Shown: positions 34,391-43,357 of the stretch, piece after piece
How the letters are laid out: each line of letters begins with the position of its first letter
How positions within the stretch are numbered: the first letter of the stretch is position 1
Source: Muribaculaceae bacterium
GTDB taxonomy: Bacteria; Bacteroidota; Bacteroidia; Bacteroidales; Muribaculaceae
Direction of reading: 5' to 3'
Assembly: GCA_029061925.1 (NCBI GenBank)
Contig: JAIDRE010000059.1
Location: forward strand, 2,193 to 66,192
DNA: 64,000 nucleotides
The notes under the pieces: model-generated
What the model was told of the DNA's origin: nothing
What the model saw: the letters and a program-made list of their open reading frames with translations, nothing else
Databases searched by the model: none
Program-made: the position numbers and the translations under genes

Positions 34391-34439
34391 TCATTTTATT
34401 AGCAATATCTTTGTTAATAGGCGCTAAATTACTACCTTT
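34391..34439. repeat. 49-bp direct repeat, copy 2
   Basis: Identical to 32575-32623. It contains the promoter elements of the gene at 34473. Confidence 0.95.
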
Positions 34440-34440
34440 G
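34410..34440 (+). promoter_or_regulatory. consensus promoter of the gene at 34473
   Basis: TTTG (34410-34413), exactly 19 nt, TACCTTTG (34433-34440), 33 nt before the ATG. All but the final G lies inside repeat copy 2. Confidence 0.55.
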
Positions 34441-34472
34441 CACCGACTTTAGTCTTTTAACTTAAAAGTTTT

Positions 34473-35138
34473 ATGAGCGAAGCTATCTCAAATTTCTATA
34501 ATAGTCAGCCTCAGCCGGTCACTAATATCATCATCGGACTTGTTGTTCTGGTGTTTCTGATTTGGTTGATTGCCAAACTGTGCTCGGGCAACGGAACTGC
34601 TTCTGATTCAGGCAATACAATCAGCAAAAAGACTTCTGAAAACATCGACCGAATCTCTAATTCGCTAAACGAAGTCAAAGAGCAGCTACGCCTTTACCAA
34701 CAGCTGATGCCCCAACTGTTGACTGTCAGAAATCAGCACACAATAGCCGATGACATCACTCTGACAACAAAGGTTGCACCCTCACCCGAAGCCACCGCTC
34801 CAAAAAGACTAAACCGCAACGGCAAAATCATCACCGACAAATTTGGACTCGACGATTTCTTTCACTCAAACAAAAACTGGTTAATCGGCGAAGTCGAAAA
34901 ATTCAATCCAAAATCGGCGTTAGATGTAGAGATGTGCAGCATGGCAGCCTTGCGCATCGCTTCAGACGATGACCGTTTTATCGACCTGAAATATGCGATA
35001 TACTTCAGTCCGACCCTCGACCTTTATGCATCTGAACTCATCTCAAAAAAGGTTGAAATTTCATTGGAAGACGTTTTATATGTCCTTTCAATCTTGCTCC
35101 GCGATGCTTATATCGACAAACATCGCGTGCTGAAATAG
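34473..35138 (+). CDS. hypothetical N-terminally membrane-anchored protein
   Basis: One transmembrane helix (IIIGLVVLVFLIWLIAKL) followed by a soluble domain. G+C resembles the host flank rather than the island. Confidence 0.5.
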   Translation: MSEAISNFYNSQPQPVTNIIIGLVVLVFLIWLIAKLCSGNGTASDSGNTISKKTSENIDRISNSLNEVKEQLRLYQQLMPQLLTVRNQHTIADDITLTTKVAPSPEATAPKRLNRNGKIITDKFGLDDFFHSNKNWLIGEVEKFNPKSALDVEMCSMAALRIASDDDRFIDLKYAIYFSPTLDLYASELISKKVEISLEDVLYVLSILLRDAYIDKHRVLK

Positions 35139-35152
35139 GCTGACTTTGCACC

Positions 35153-35815
35153 ATGAAGGTGATTATCCAGACAACAGCCGACGGCTCCCCGACATTCTAT
35201 CGCGAAGACCTTGACGAGCATTACCATTCAGTCAAAGGCGCTCTTGCCGAGAGCCAACACGTCTATATTGATTCGGGATGGAGACAGGCTAACCAAACCT
35301 CAAACATAATCAGAGTCTTTGAAGTCGGATTTGGCACCGGATTGAACGCAGCCCTCACAGCACAAGCCTCCCTCGAGTCACAAACAACTACCGATTACTT
35401 TTCAGTCGAGCTATATCCATTATCAAACGATGCCACACAACTTTACGCCGAGTCATTTCACGACCAATTCAAGGAAATATATCAAGCAGTAAACCGGGTA
35501 CCGTGGCAACATTCAATCCAAATCAACCCCTACTTTACACTTCATAAAATAGAGGATAACCTATTGTCAATGGAGCTCCCCAAACATCTCGACATCGTCT
35601 ATTTCGATGCCTTCGCCCCCGAAAAACAGCCCGAAATGTGGGATGAATCAATCTTCCGTAAACTGTACCACGCCATGAATCCCGGCGCCATCCTCACAAC
35701 CTATTGCGCCAAAGGCGCCATCCGCCGTCTCCTCAACACCATTGGCTTCACCACCGAGCGCCTCCCCGGTCCACCAAACGGTAAACGCGAAATACTCCGC
35801 GCCACTAAAGAATAA
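35153..35815 (+). CDS. mnmD: tRNA (mnm5s2U34)-methyltransferase MnmD-like (DUF752 SAM MTase)
   Basis: TADGSPTFY...YHS.KGALAESQHVYI..., VFEVGFGTGLN SAM motif and DIVYFDAFAP. Confidence 0.8.
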   Translation: MKVIIQTTADGSPTFYREDLDEHYHSVKGALAESQHVYIDSGWRQANQTSNIIRVFEVGFGTGLNAALTAQASLESQTTTDYFSVELYPLSNDATQLYAESFHDQFKEIYQAVNRVPWQHSIQINPYFTLHKIEDNLLSMELPKHLDIVYFDAFAPEKQPEMWDESIFRKLYHAMNPGAILTTYCAKGAIRRLLNTIGFTTERLPGPPNGKREILRATKE

Positions 35816-35817
35816 AA

Positions 35818-35845
35818 GAACGCCCTTCAGTTGAAGGGCGTTCTT
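35818..35845. terminator. bidirectional intrinsic terminator
   Basis: AGAACGCCCTTC-AGTT-GAAGGGCGTTCT, a perfect 12-bp stem between convergent genes. A-rich upstream, TT downstream. Confidence 0.7.
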
Positions 35846-35859
35846 GGTCATTAATATTT

Positions 35860-37530
35860 TTAATAATGGAATGAACTGCCACCTAAAAATTCGCGGAGGA
35901 GACTGGTTGGTGGTATTAGACGCTCTCCTATTGAGGTGAAGAAGCTGAGGAATTTCATCAGGCGGTAAGCTTCGCTGTATTCGGGGGCATCGTGAGGAAC
36001 ATCGCGAAGAACGTTCATGGCGTAGTCTTTGATGACACCTAACTCAAAAATGAGGGATGAGTTGAACGTCGAATCGGCATTTTCCTGGAACGGGAAAATC
36101 CATTTTTCTTCACCGCGTCTGACACTGGGCCAACGGCGGATTGTCTCGATTGCCGAGGTGCCGCGATATTTGTAGTCACGGATTATGCGACGCAAAAGGC
36201 GGTTGTCGGTTGTCGGAATCCAGTTGTGGTCGTCAATCGAAAGCGTTGTCAATGCCGACACATAAACACGATATTTCATTTTCTCCTCAATAGATGCAGT
36301 CAGCTGAGGATTAAGCCCGTGAATACCTTCGATCAATAGAACGGTGTTGTCGCCCAGCTTTATTTTGTCTCCTTTATACATTCGTGTTCCGGTCTCGAAG
36401 TTATAGGTCGGGAGCGACACCTCTTTTCCTTCGAGCAGATCGTTCAGGTCTTTGTTGAATGCCTCAAGGTCAAGCGCATAGAGCGATTCATAATCATAAT
36501 CCCCGGTCTCATCGCGAGGGGTCCGTGTGCGGTCAACAAAATAGTTGTCAAGCGAAATCATTTTTGGCACCAACAAATTTGCCATCAAGTAGATAGCCAA
36601 ACGTTTTGTTGTGGTGGTCTTACCCGATGATGACGGACCGGCGACCAAAACGATACGTGCACCGCCTTCGTGGTAGCGCGATGTAATTTCATCAGCGATT
36701 GATGCAATTTTCTTGTCATGCAGAGCTTCAGCCACATTAATCAGGTCGGCAGTGCGACGATGTTCTACCGCCTCATTGAGTTCACCGACATTATCGACAC
36801 CGATAATCTTATTAAACTGAAGATGTTCCTGAAACGCACGAAACATCTTTGGCTGAGGTAACGGCTGTTGAGGTTGCGACAGTTTTGCCGGGTCGGGGCC
36901 AAGCAAAAGCATGCCATCTTCATACACCTGTAGATCAAACACTTCAAGATATTCGGTCGAAGGTACTAACGGACCATAATATGAGTCGCAGATGCCGTCC
37001 AAACGATAATACACCTCATAAAGGTCGTGAACGGTTTCGAGCAAACGTACCTTATCGTCGAGCTGTTGTTTCTTGAAAATATCGATTACATCTTTGCGAA
37101 GTCGCTCTTTACGCTCAAACGGCAGTTTTCGATCAACAAGTTCTTTCATCTTAGCTTTCAGGCGTTCAGCCATTTCCTCAGACGGCTTAACATCGCCAAT
37201 CAATCGGCAGTAGTATCCACGCGAAAGCGAGTGTTCGATCACAAGTCGCTCGCCAGGATAAAGTTCTGAGAGCGCATGATATAAGAGCATACACAATGAA
37301 TGGATATACACTCGGCGAGCCGATTCGTTTGACGGATGCAAAAATTCCACAACCTTGGGGGAAAACAGCTGAAAATTCAAATCTTCAGTCTTGTTGTTCA
37401 CCTTGCAGCAAAACGGCACAAAATTAAGACGTGATGAAATCTGACCATATATTTCGCCAACAGTTTCTCCACCTGCAAAATCAATATATTCTTCGATATT
37501 TTTGCAATATACCTTCATTTGATTGCTCAT
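35860..37530 (-). CDS. uridine-kinase-family nucleoside kinase with N-terminal TGS-like domain
   Basis: 556 aa with P-loop GPSSSGKTTT and PRK/uridine kinase family features. Confidence 0.78.
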   Translation of the reverse strand: MSNQMKVYCKNIEEYIDFAGGETVGEIYGQISSRLNFVPFCCKVNNKTEDLNFQLFSPKVVEFLHPSNESARRVYIHSLCMLLYHALSELYPGERLVIEHSLSRGYYCRLIGDVKPSEEMAERLKAKMKELVDRKLPFERKERLRKDVIDIFKKQQLDDKVRLLETVHDLYEVYYRLDGICDSYYGPLVPSTEYLEVFDLQVYEDGMLLLGPDPAKLSQPQQPLPQPKMFRAFQEHLQFNKIIGVDNVGELNEAVEHRRTADLINVAEALHDKKIASIADEITSRYHEGGARIVLVAGPSSSGKTTTTKRLAIYLMANLLVPKMISLDNYFVDRTRTPRDETGDYDYESLYALDLEAFNKDLNDLLEGKEVSLPTYNFETGTRMYKGDKIKLGDNTVLLIEGIHGLNPQLTASIEEKMKYRVYVSALTTLSIDDHNWIPTTDNRLLRRIIRDYKYRGTSAIETIRRWPSVRRGEEKWIFPFQENADSTFNSSLIFELGVIKDYAMNVLRDVPHDAPEYSEAYRLMKFLSFFTSIGERLIPPTSLLREFLGGSSFHY

Positions 37531-37551
37531 ATTTATATATTTTATCTGTTA

Positions 37552-38784
37552 TTATTCCATTCTCAAACGTGAAGTAAACGGCGGCAAAAGTTTTTCGGCA
37601 CACGCCGCAAGCTCATCAGCAGTAATTGGCTCGATTTTATGCACGATATCATTTGGCGAAGCCGGCTTGAAACCGAACAACAGACGGCGACCGAGAGAGA
37701 GCGCTTCTTGCTCGTAATTATCACGTCCGACTATTGCCTGCCCGATAAACTGAGTTTTAAATCTCTGCAACTCATCTTCGCTCAACTTTTTCGCAGCCAC
37801 TCGCTCAATCTCCTGAAAAATCAGGTCACGACAACGAGCCGAGTCTTTTTTGTCACAGCCATAATATATTGTCATCTGACCGCAATCGCTATAGAATGAG
37901 GGGGATGCTTCGACAGTATAGACCAATCCGTTTTTCTCGCGGAGAGCCACATTCAACAACGAGTTCATACCCGGACCGGCAAGCATATTGGCAAGCAGGC
38001 TGAACGCAAACCGTTCATCAGAATTTCTATTGCATATAGGCGCACCTAACAGGTTATGAGATTGGTGCGAGCCTATCCTGATAACCCTGTCAAACGGCTT
38101 GACAATCGCCGGCGCGACACGTTCGGACACAGGTTGTGTTACTGTCGGTATTCCCGACATCTCACGGGTCACTGTTTTCACAACCTGAAACGGAGGTTTG
38201 GGTCCGAGATAAAAGAACACCATGTTTGACGCCACATAAAAGCGGTCACGAAATGCGGCGCAACTCTTTGTGGTGAAATTTTTTATCGATTTAGTCGTGC
38301 CAAGTATATTGTGAGCCAACGGATTATCCTTAAAGAACAATTCGTCAAAATCGTCATAGACAGCCTCGGCAGGATTATCTCTATAACTTAAGACTTCTTC
38401 CAGCACCACCTCCCGCTCATTGTCAAGCTCGTCGGGCTTGAATGCAGCCGAGGTTATCAATTCGGCAATCAGTTCGACCGCACGGTCAAGATGTCCTTCA
38501 GGGAATATCGAATAGACGGCAGTCTCCTCCTTTGTCGTGTAAGCGATCAGCTCTCCACCGGTCTCCTCCATACGATTCAAAACGTATGAAGCGGGATGAT
38601 AGAGCGTACTTTTAAAAATCGTATGCTCGATAAAATGGGCTGTACCAAACTGTCGCGGCTTGATTTCGTCACGACTGCCCGCATTAATAAACACACCGCA
38701 ATATTCAGCCTGAGTCTCAACCTGACGACAAACGACCTTCAGTCCGTTTGAAAGCGTAGTTACTATTGTTTCGTTTACATTCAT
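37552..38784 (-). CDS. M16 (pitrilysin) family peptidase
   Basis: Inverted zinc motif HFIEH (HxxEH). Overlaps ispG by 4 nt. Confidence 0.85.
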   Translation of the reverse strand: MNVNETIVTTLSNGLKVVCRQVETQAEYCGVFINAGSRDEIKPRQFGTAHFIEHTIFKSTLYHPASYVLNRMEETGGELIAYTTKEETAVYSIFPEGHLDRAVELIAELITSAAFKPDELDNEREVVLEEVLSYRDNPAEAVYDDFDELFFKDNPLAHNILGTTKSIKNFTTKSCAAFRDRFYVASNMVFFYLGPKPPFQVVKTVTREMSGIPTVTQPVSERVAPAIVKPFDRVIRIGSHQSHNLLGAPICNRNSDERFAFSLLANMLAGPGMNSLLNVALREKNGLVYTVEASPSFYSDCGQMTIYYGCDKKDSARCRDLIFQEIERVAAKKLSEDELQRFKTQFIGQAIVGRDNYEQEALSLGRRLLFGFKPASPNDIVHKIEPITADELAACAEKLLPPFTSRLRME

Positions 38785-40484
38785 TTGGGTTCAGTCCATA
38801 CCCCATCGGCCTTGAGCAGTTCAACCAAACGCGGAAGAGCCTCGGCAGATGGTATATTTTTTTCAACACATTCTTTTCCTTTGTATAAGCTGACGTGTCC
38901 GGCAGCTGCTCCAACATAACCGTAATCGGCATCAGCCATTTCGCCCGGTCCGTTTACGATACAGCCCATTACCCCGATTTTCAAACCTTTAAGATGTCCC
39001 GTCGCCTGCTTTATCTCCTTGACAGTCGATTGCAAGTCAAAAAGAGTACGACCACAACCGGGACATGAAATATACTCGGTTTTTGTAAATCGACGACGGG
39101 CTGCTTGAAGGATTCCGTAAGCAATATCTGCGATACGTCTCGGCGACAACTTGTCGGCTTCAATCTTAATTCCGTCTCCAAATCCTGCCAGCAACAGTGC
39201 ACCCATGTCGGCGGCAGCTCTCAGAGCAACTTTGTCGTCATCCAATCCGTTGTAATTCAAACTGATGATTATCGGCCGTTTAATTCCGGCATTCATCAAA
39301 GCGTGGATTGCTCGTTTTATCTCTCCAACAGGGTCAACTCCGTGTGAAGTCAATATAACAGGCGACTTTTCAGCCTTTAACGATTCAACATCAGGCACCT
39401 CGGCGCAGTCAACGACCTGCCAATTTTTCCCGGCAAGTGAAACCTCAGGGGTGCGGTCAGGGTCATATAGTTTAGGTTTGATGTCTTCGGCGACAGCAAC
39501 ACGAGTCGGATTATCTCCGCCCAGATTATCAAACGCTTCGGTCAACACTCGTCCGGGTGCAATCGGGTCATAACCTTCAAACCAAAAGCCTTCGATGTCG
39601 GGCGAATTTTCGCGCTTTGTTATATAATCGACAAGTTCACGAGCAACGGGCAGTTCGGCTTCGGGAGCCTCACTGAGCGACACACGGATTGTGTCACCGA
39701 TGCCGTCAGCCAACAATGCACCGATACCGACAGCCGACTTGATGCGTCCATCTTCACCGTCACCTGCTTCGGTTACGCCAAGGTGAATCGGATAGTGCAT
39801 ATTCTCGTCAGCCATTGCCTTGACAAGACGGCGAACCGACTCGGTCATCACAACCGTGTTTGATGCCTTCATCGACACCACAACATTGTCAAAACCTTCA
39901 GCCTTACACACCCTCAAAAACTCCATTGCGCTCTCAGCCATACCCGCCGGAGTGTTTCCATATCGCGACATGATGCGGTCAGACAGCGAACCGTGATTTA
40001 CACCGATTCTGACAGCCGTGCCGTTTTCTTTACAAAGCTTCAAGAAAGGCGCAACCGCCTCGTTGATACGCTGAATCTCCGCACGATATTCATCATCAGT
40101 ATAGTCTATTTTTTTGAAAGTGCGACCCGGGTCAACAAAGTTGCCGGGATTGATTCTCACTTTCTCGACATTTATAGCCGATGCGTATGCGGCTTTAGGG
40201 TTGAAATGTATATCGGCAACCAACGGCACATCATATCCGTCAGCTTTCAAACGGCGGTTTATCTCGCCCAAGCTTTCAGCTTCGCGGACACCCTGAGCTG
40301 TCAGACGGACATATTCGGCTCCGGCATCAATCATTCGTTTGGCTTGAGCCACCGAACCCTCAACATCATTGGTCGATGTGTTGGTCATTGACTGTATTCT
40401 GATTGGATAACCTGTGCCGAGCGGGGTATTCCCGATGTTGACTTTGTCGGCCTGGCGACGCTTGTAGTTAAATAGAGTCTTCAA
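38781..40484 (-). CDS. ispG: 4-hydroxy-3-methylbut-2-enyl diphosphate synthase, long form
   Basis: GcpE TIM-barrel N-terminus (IRIQSMTNT), an insert domain, and a C-terminal 4Fe-4S domain (ISCPGCGRT...GCIVNGPGE). Confidence 0.93.
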   Translation of the reverse strand: MKTLFNYKRRQADKVNIGNTPLGTGYPIRIQSMTNTSTNDVEGSVAQAKRMIDAGAEYVRLTAQGVREAESLGEINRRLKADGYDVPLVADIHFNPKAAYASAINVEKVRINPGNFVDPGRTFKKIDYTDDEYRAEIQRINEAVAPFLKLCKENGTAVRIGVNHGSLSDRIMSRYGNTPAGMAESAMEFLRVCKAEGFDNVVVSMKASNTVVMTESVRRLVKAMADENMHYPIHLGVTEAGDGEDGRIKSAVGIGALLADGIGDTIRVSLSEAPEAELPVARELVDYITKRENSPDIEGFWFEGYDPIAPGRVLTEAFDNLGGDNPTRVAVAEDIKPKLYDPDRTPEVSLAGKNWQVVDCAEVPDVESLKAEKSPVILTSHGVDPVGEIKRAIHALMNAGIKRPIIISLNYNGLDDDKVALRAAADMGALLLAGFGDGIKIEADKLSPRRIADIAYGILQAARRRFTKTEYISCPGCGRTLFDLQSTVKEIKQATGHLKGLKIGVMGCIVNGPGEMADADYGYVGAAAGHVSLYKGKECVEKNIPSAEALPRLVELLKADGVWTEPK

Positions 40485-40501
40485 GGAATGAAGTTATTTT
40501 A

Positions 40502-41008
40502 TCAATTGGTTTTGAATTTATATTTTACTTCTTTCAGCTCGTTGTTAGCTTTTACGATTTTATCAGAAAGACGGCTGCGATATTCGGCAAATCGTTTGGC
40601 GATAGCAGGGTCGGTCAACGCAAGCATCTGAGTGGCAAGCACCGCGGCATTGAGAGCACCGTTGATTCCGACGGTTGCCACTGCGATACCCGGAGGCATC
40701 TGAACAATCGAAAGGAGTGCATCGCGACCTTCGAGAGTTGAGTTGATGGGCACACCGATAACAGGGAGCGGAGTCATTGCGGCGATTACACCGGGGAGAG
40801 CTGCAGCCATACCTGCGGCAGCAATTATCACTTTCAATCCGCGACCCTCAGCCTCGGTTGCAAACTGTTCAACTTCGTGAGGAGTGCGGTGAGCCGACAG
40901 AGCGTTCATTTCAAAAGGAACCTCCATCGAGTCGAGAAAATCAGCAGCTTTTTTCAAGATGGGAAGGTCAGACGTGCTTCCCATAATAATGCTAACGAGT
41001 GGTTTCAT
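40502..41008 (-). CDS. purE: 5-(carboxyamino)imidazole ribonucleotide mutase
   Basis: IIMGSTSD and AAGMAAALPGV motifs. Confidence 0.93.
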   Translation of the reverse strand: MKPLVSIIMGSTSDLPILKKAADFLDSMEVPFEMNALSAHRTPHEVEQFATEAEGRGLKVIIAAAGMAAALPGVIAAMTPLPVIGVPINSTLEGRDALLSIVQMPPGIAVATVGINGALNAAVLATQMLALTDPAIAKRFAEYRSRLSDKIVKANNELKEVKYKFKTN

Positions 41009-41023
41009 ATCTTATATTATAAT

Positions 41024-41647
41024 TTAATGAGCTAAGTGCATGCCGATTGTCATTGCAAGCGCAATACAAGCGACACCGTTAACAGTGCCGGCAAGTAATT
41101 GAGCCTCAGTGTGTCGGCTTAATATCAATCGGGTGGTTTCGGTTAGTCCGGCTGCAAAGATAGTAACATATAGCAACCAGCTTATATCAAATACATTCAA
41201 CTGATAATAAATCAGATAGAAAATGAATGTTGCCATACCTGAAACTGACGTGGCGTGAGCACTGATTTTCCACCAAAGGCTTACAACCGCACAGATAATC
41301 GTTGCGACTGTTGCACCAACCATAAACATGATGAGCCACATTGGCGCATGGATTGATGAAAAATAGAATGACGCACCAACGTAGCATGCCGCTGATATCA
41401 GGTAGGGTATCAGGCGTTCCTTGCGTTCATTCAAACCCGAGTCTGAAACAATTTTGAGCTTGTAAAGCACAAAAATTGCGAGAGCCGGAATAAACGCCGT
41501 AATCAGGAATGTCATTCCGATAACCCCGAATTTTGTTCCCGGCGTAACGATACACAAGATAGTCGCAAACATAACCACCGCTATCGTGTAGGTCGGTATC
41601 AACAGCGGGTTAAATATGGCTGATATAATTCGAGCAGTCTTTTCCAT
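41024..41647 (-). CDS. polytopic membrane protein (weak PAP2-like motifs)
   Basis: Six hydrophobic helices. SAH and SRHTEAQ resemble degenerate PAP2 motifs. Low confidence. Confidence 0.4.
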   Translation of the reverse strand: MEKTARIISAIFNPLLIPTYTIAVVMFATILCIVTPGTKFGVIGMTFLITAFIPALAIFVLYKLKIVSDSGLNERKERLIPYLISAACYVGASFYFSSIHAPMWLIMFMVGATVATIICAVVSLWWKISAHATSVSGMATFIFYLIYYQLNVFDISWLLYVTIFAAGLTETTRLILSRHTEAQLLAGTVNGVACIALAMTIGMHLAH

Positions 41648-41670
41648 ATATATATTTGAATTTATAATTT

Positions 41671-43125
41671 TTACATTTCTTTTCTTAATCGAGCGACAGG
41701 AATTCCGAGTTTCTCGCGATATTTTGAGACGGTTCGTCGCGCCAGTTCAAAGCCTTGTTCATTCATCATCGACGTCAACGCCTCGTCGCTCAAAGGACGA
41801 TGTTTGTCTTCATTATCAATCAGCTTTTTCAATGCCACGCCAACCGAGTGAGACGACGTTTCACTGTCCTGTCCGCCGGTCGATTCGTTGAAAAACATTT
41901 TCAACGGATAAACACCGTGTTGAGTTGCCACATATTTCGAAGCCGAGGCGCGCGAGATGACCGACAGGTCGAGTCCGGTCACCGACGACACATCTTTTAA
42001 TATCATCGGCTTGATTTGATTCGGGTCATCGGTCAGGAAAAAGTCACGCTGTATGTTGACAATCGCACTCATCACCTTGAACAACGTTTCCTGGCGGGTT
42101 CGCAATATCTTGATAAACTCCCGCGCCTCATCACGATGTCGTTTTATAAAGGTCGAAGCATCTTTTTCGGCGCGCGACAACTGTTGTCCGGTCTTTATTG
42201 CCGATTCCTCGTCAAAAGTGGCATCAATACACAGTTCAGGGATATTATTAAGGAGTGTCAGATTGATATGTTGACCATCGGTCTCGACCTGAAAGTCGGG
42301 TATGATGATTGTAGAATTTTCCTGGAGCGGAGTCTGCTCAAACAAACTACCCGGTTTGGGGTTGAGCTGACGGATGATGTTCATTGCCTCCTTGACCTGC
42401 TCGGGCGAAACACCCATCATCGAAGCGATGCGTTCAAAATGTTTCTTAGAAAACAGGTCAAAGTAATCAGAAATCATTTCGATTGCAATATCAACAATCG
42501 GGCTACTCGGTTTACGGCGTAACTGCAACAGAAGGCAGTCTCGCAGATCGACCGCACCGATTCCGGCTGGTTCGAGCGAGCGGACAACATCTCTTATCTC
42601 TTTGAGATGTTTCTCGTCAACATCTATACCAGCTTGAATTGCTATATCATCGCCGATTGACCTCAGGTCGCGGCTCATATAACCGTTATCGTCAATGTTA
42701 CCAATGATATACTGTGCAATCAGAATATCGTCGGGCGACAAATTATGTTCATTAATCTGTCTCATTAACGAATCAATCATCGTGTTCTCGCCAGCAGGCG
42801 CAAAACTTCCCGGTGACGCCTCGATTGCATCATTGTCGGGTGATCGGCGGGCGTATGAAAAGGTTGACGGAATCTCCTCGTCGCCCCCGAAGTCGGCAAG
42901 CTGCATCTGCTCTGAAGTCTCATCAAAACGTTCCTCGGGATCGTTGTTTGATTCTGCGTCGGCAACCTCAAGCGCCGGAAGTTCTTCGAGCGCACGCTTG
43001 ACCTCTTCCTCAATCTCAATAGAGTTCATCTCAAGCATACGACCCACCCTAACCTGCAACGGCAAAAGTCGTTGGGTCAGCGATTGGTCGAGACCAATTT
43101 TTTGTTGAGTCGATGAACCTGACAT
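41671..43125 (-). CDS. rpoN: RNA polymerase sigma-54 factor
   Basis: RpoN box ARRTVSKYRE near the C-terminus. Region I is Gln/Leu-rich. Confidence 0.93.
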   Translation of the reverse strand: MSGSSTQQKIGLDQSLTQRLLPLQVRVGRMLEMNSIEIEEEVKRALEELPALEVADAESNNDPEERFDETSEQMQLADFGGDEEIPSTFSYARRSPDNDAIEASPGSFAPAGENTMIDSLMRQINEHNLSPDDILIAQYIIGNIDDNGYMSRDLRSIGDDIAIQAGIDVDEKHLKEIRDVVRSLEPAGIGAVDLRDCLLLQLRRKPSSPIVDIAIEMISDYFDLFSKKHFERIASMMGVSPEQVKEAMNIIRQLNPKPGSLFEQTPLQENSTIIIPDFQVETDGQHINLTLLNNIPELCIDATFDEESAIKTGQQLSRAEKDASTFIKRHRDEAREFIKILRTRQETLFKVMSAIVNIQRDFFLTDDPNQIKPMILKDVSSVTGLDLSVISRASASKYVATQHGVYPLKMFFNESTGGQDSETSSHSVGVALKKLIDNEDKHRPLSDEALTSMMNEQGFELARRTVSKYREKLGIPVARLRKEM

Positions 43126-43283
43126 ATTTCTGAGATTGAAACGTATATTATTTAATGAGTAAAACGAGTTTTACAATGCAAAGTTACTTCTTAGCTTTTA
43201 TAAAAACAAACTTTGTCGGTCTTTCGTTTTAAACCGACCAAACATTTTCTTTATTCGGGCAACCTCAAAATCTTGTTATCATA

Positions 43284-43316
43284 AATTTTGGTATGTTTTA
43301 CCAAAATTCTGGTATA
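43284..43316. promoter_or_regulatory. operator-like palindrome with a third half-site
   Basis: AATTTTGGTA-TGTTT-TACCAAAATT, with perfect 10-bp arms (43284-43308). It overlaps a near-repeat AATTCTGGTA (43305-43314) just upstream of the -7 box TAAATTTG (43337-43344). Confidence 0.35.
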
Positions 43317-43357
43317 TTTTAGTCAAAAACTTGGCTTAAATTTGCAATTGATAAATA

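Noticed and set aside
36561-36585. TGGCAC...TTGC resembling a sigma-54 promoter (checked because rpoN is in the window)
   Set aside because: The spacing between the GG and GC elements is wrong (8 nt instead of 5 between TGGCAC and TTGC). The site lies inside a CDS on the opposite strand.
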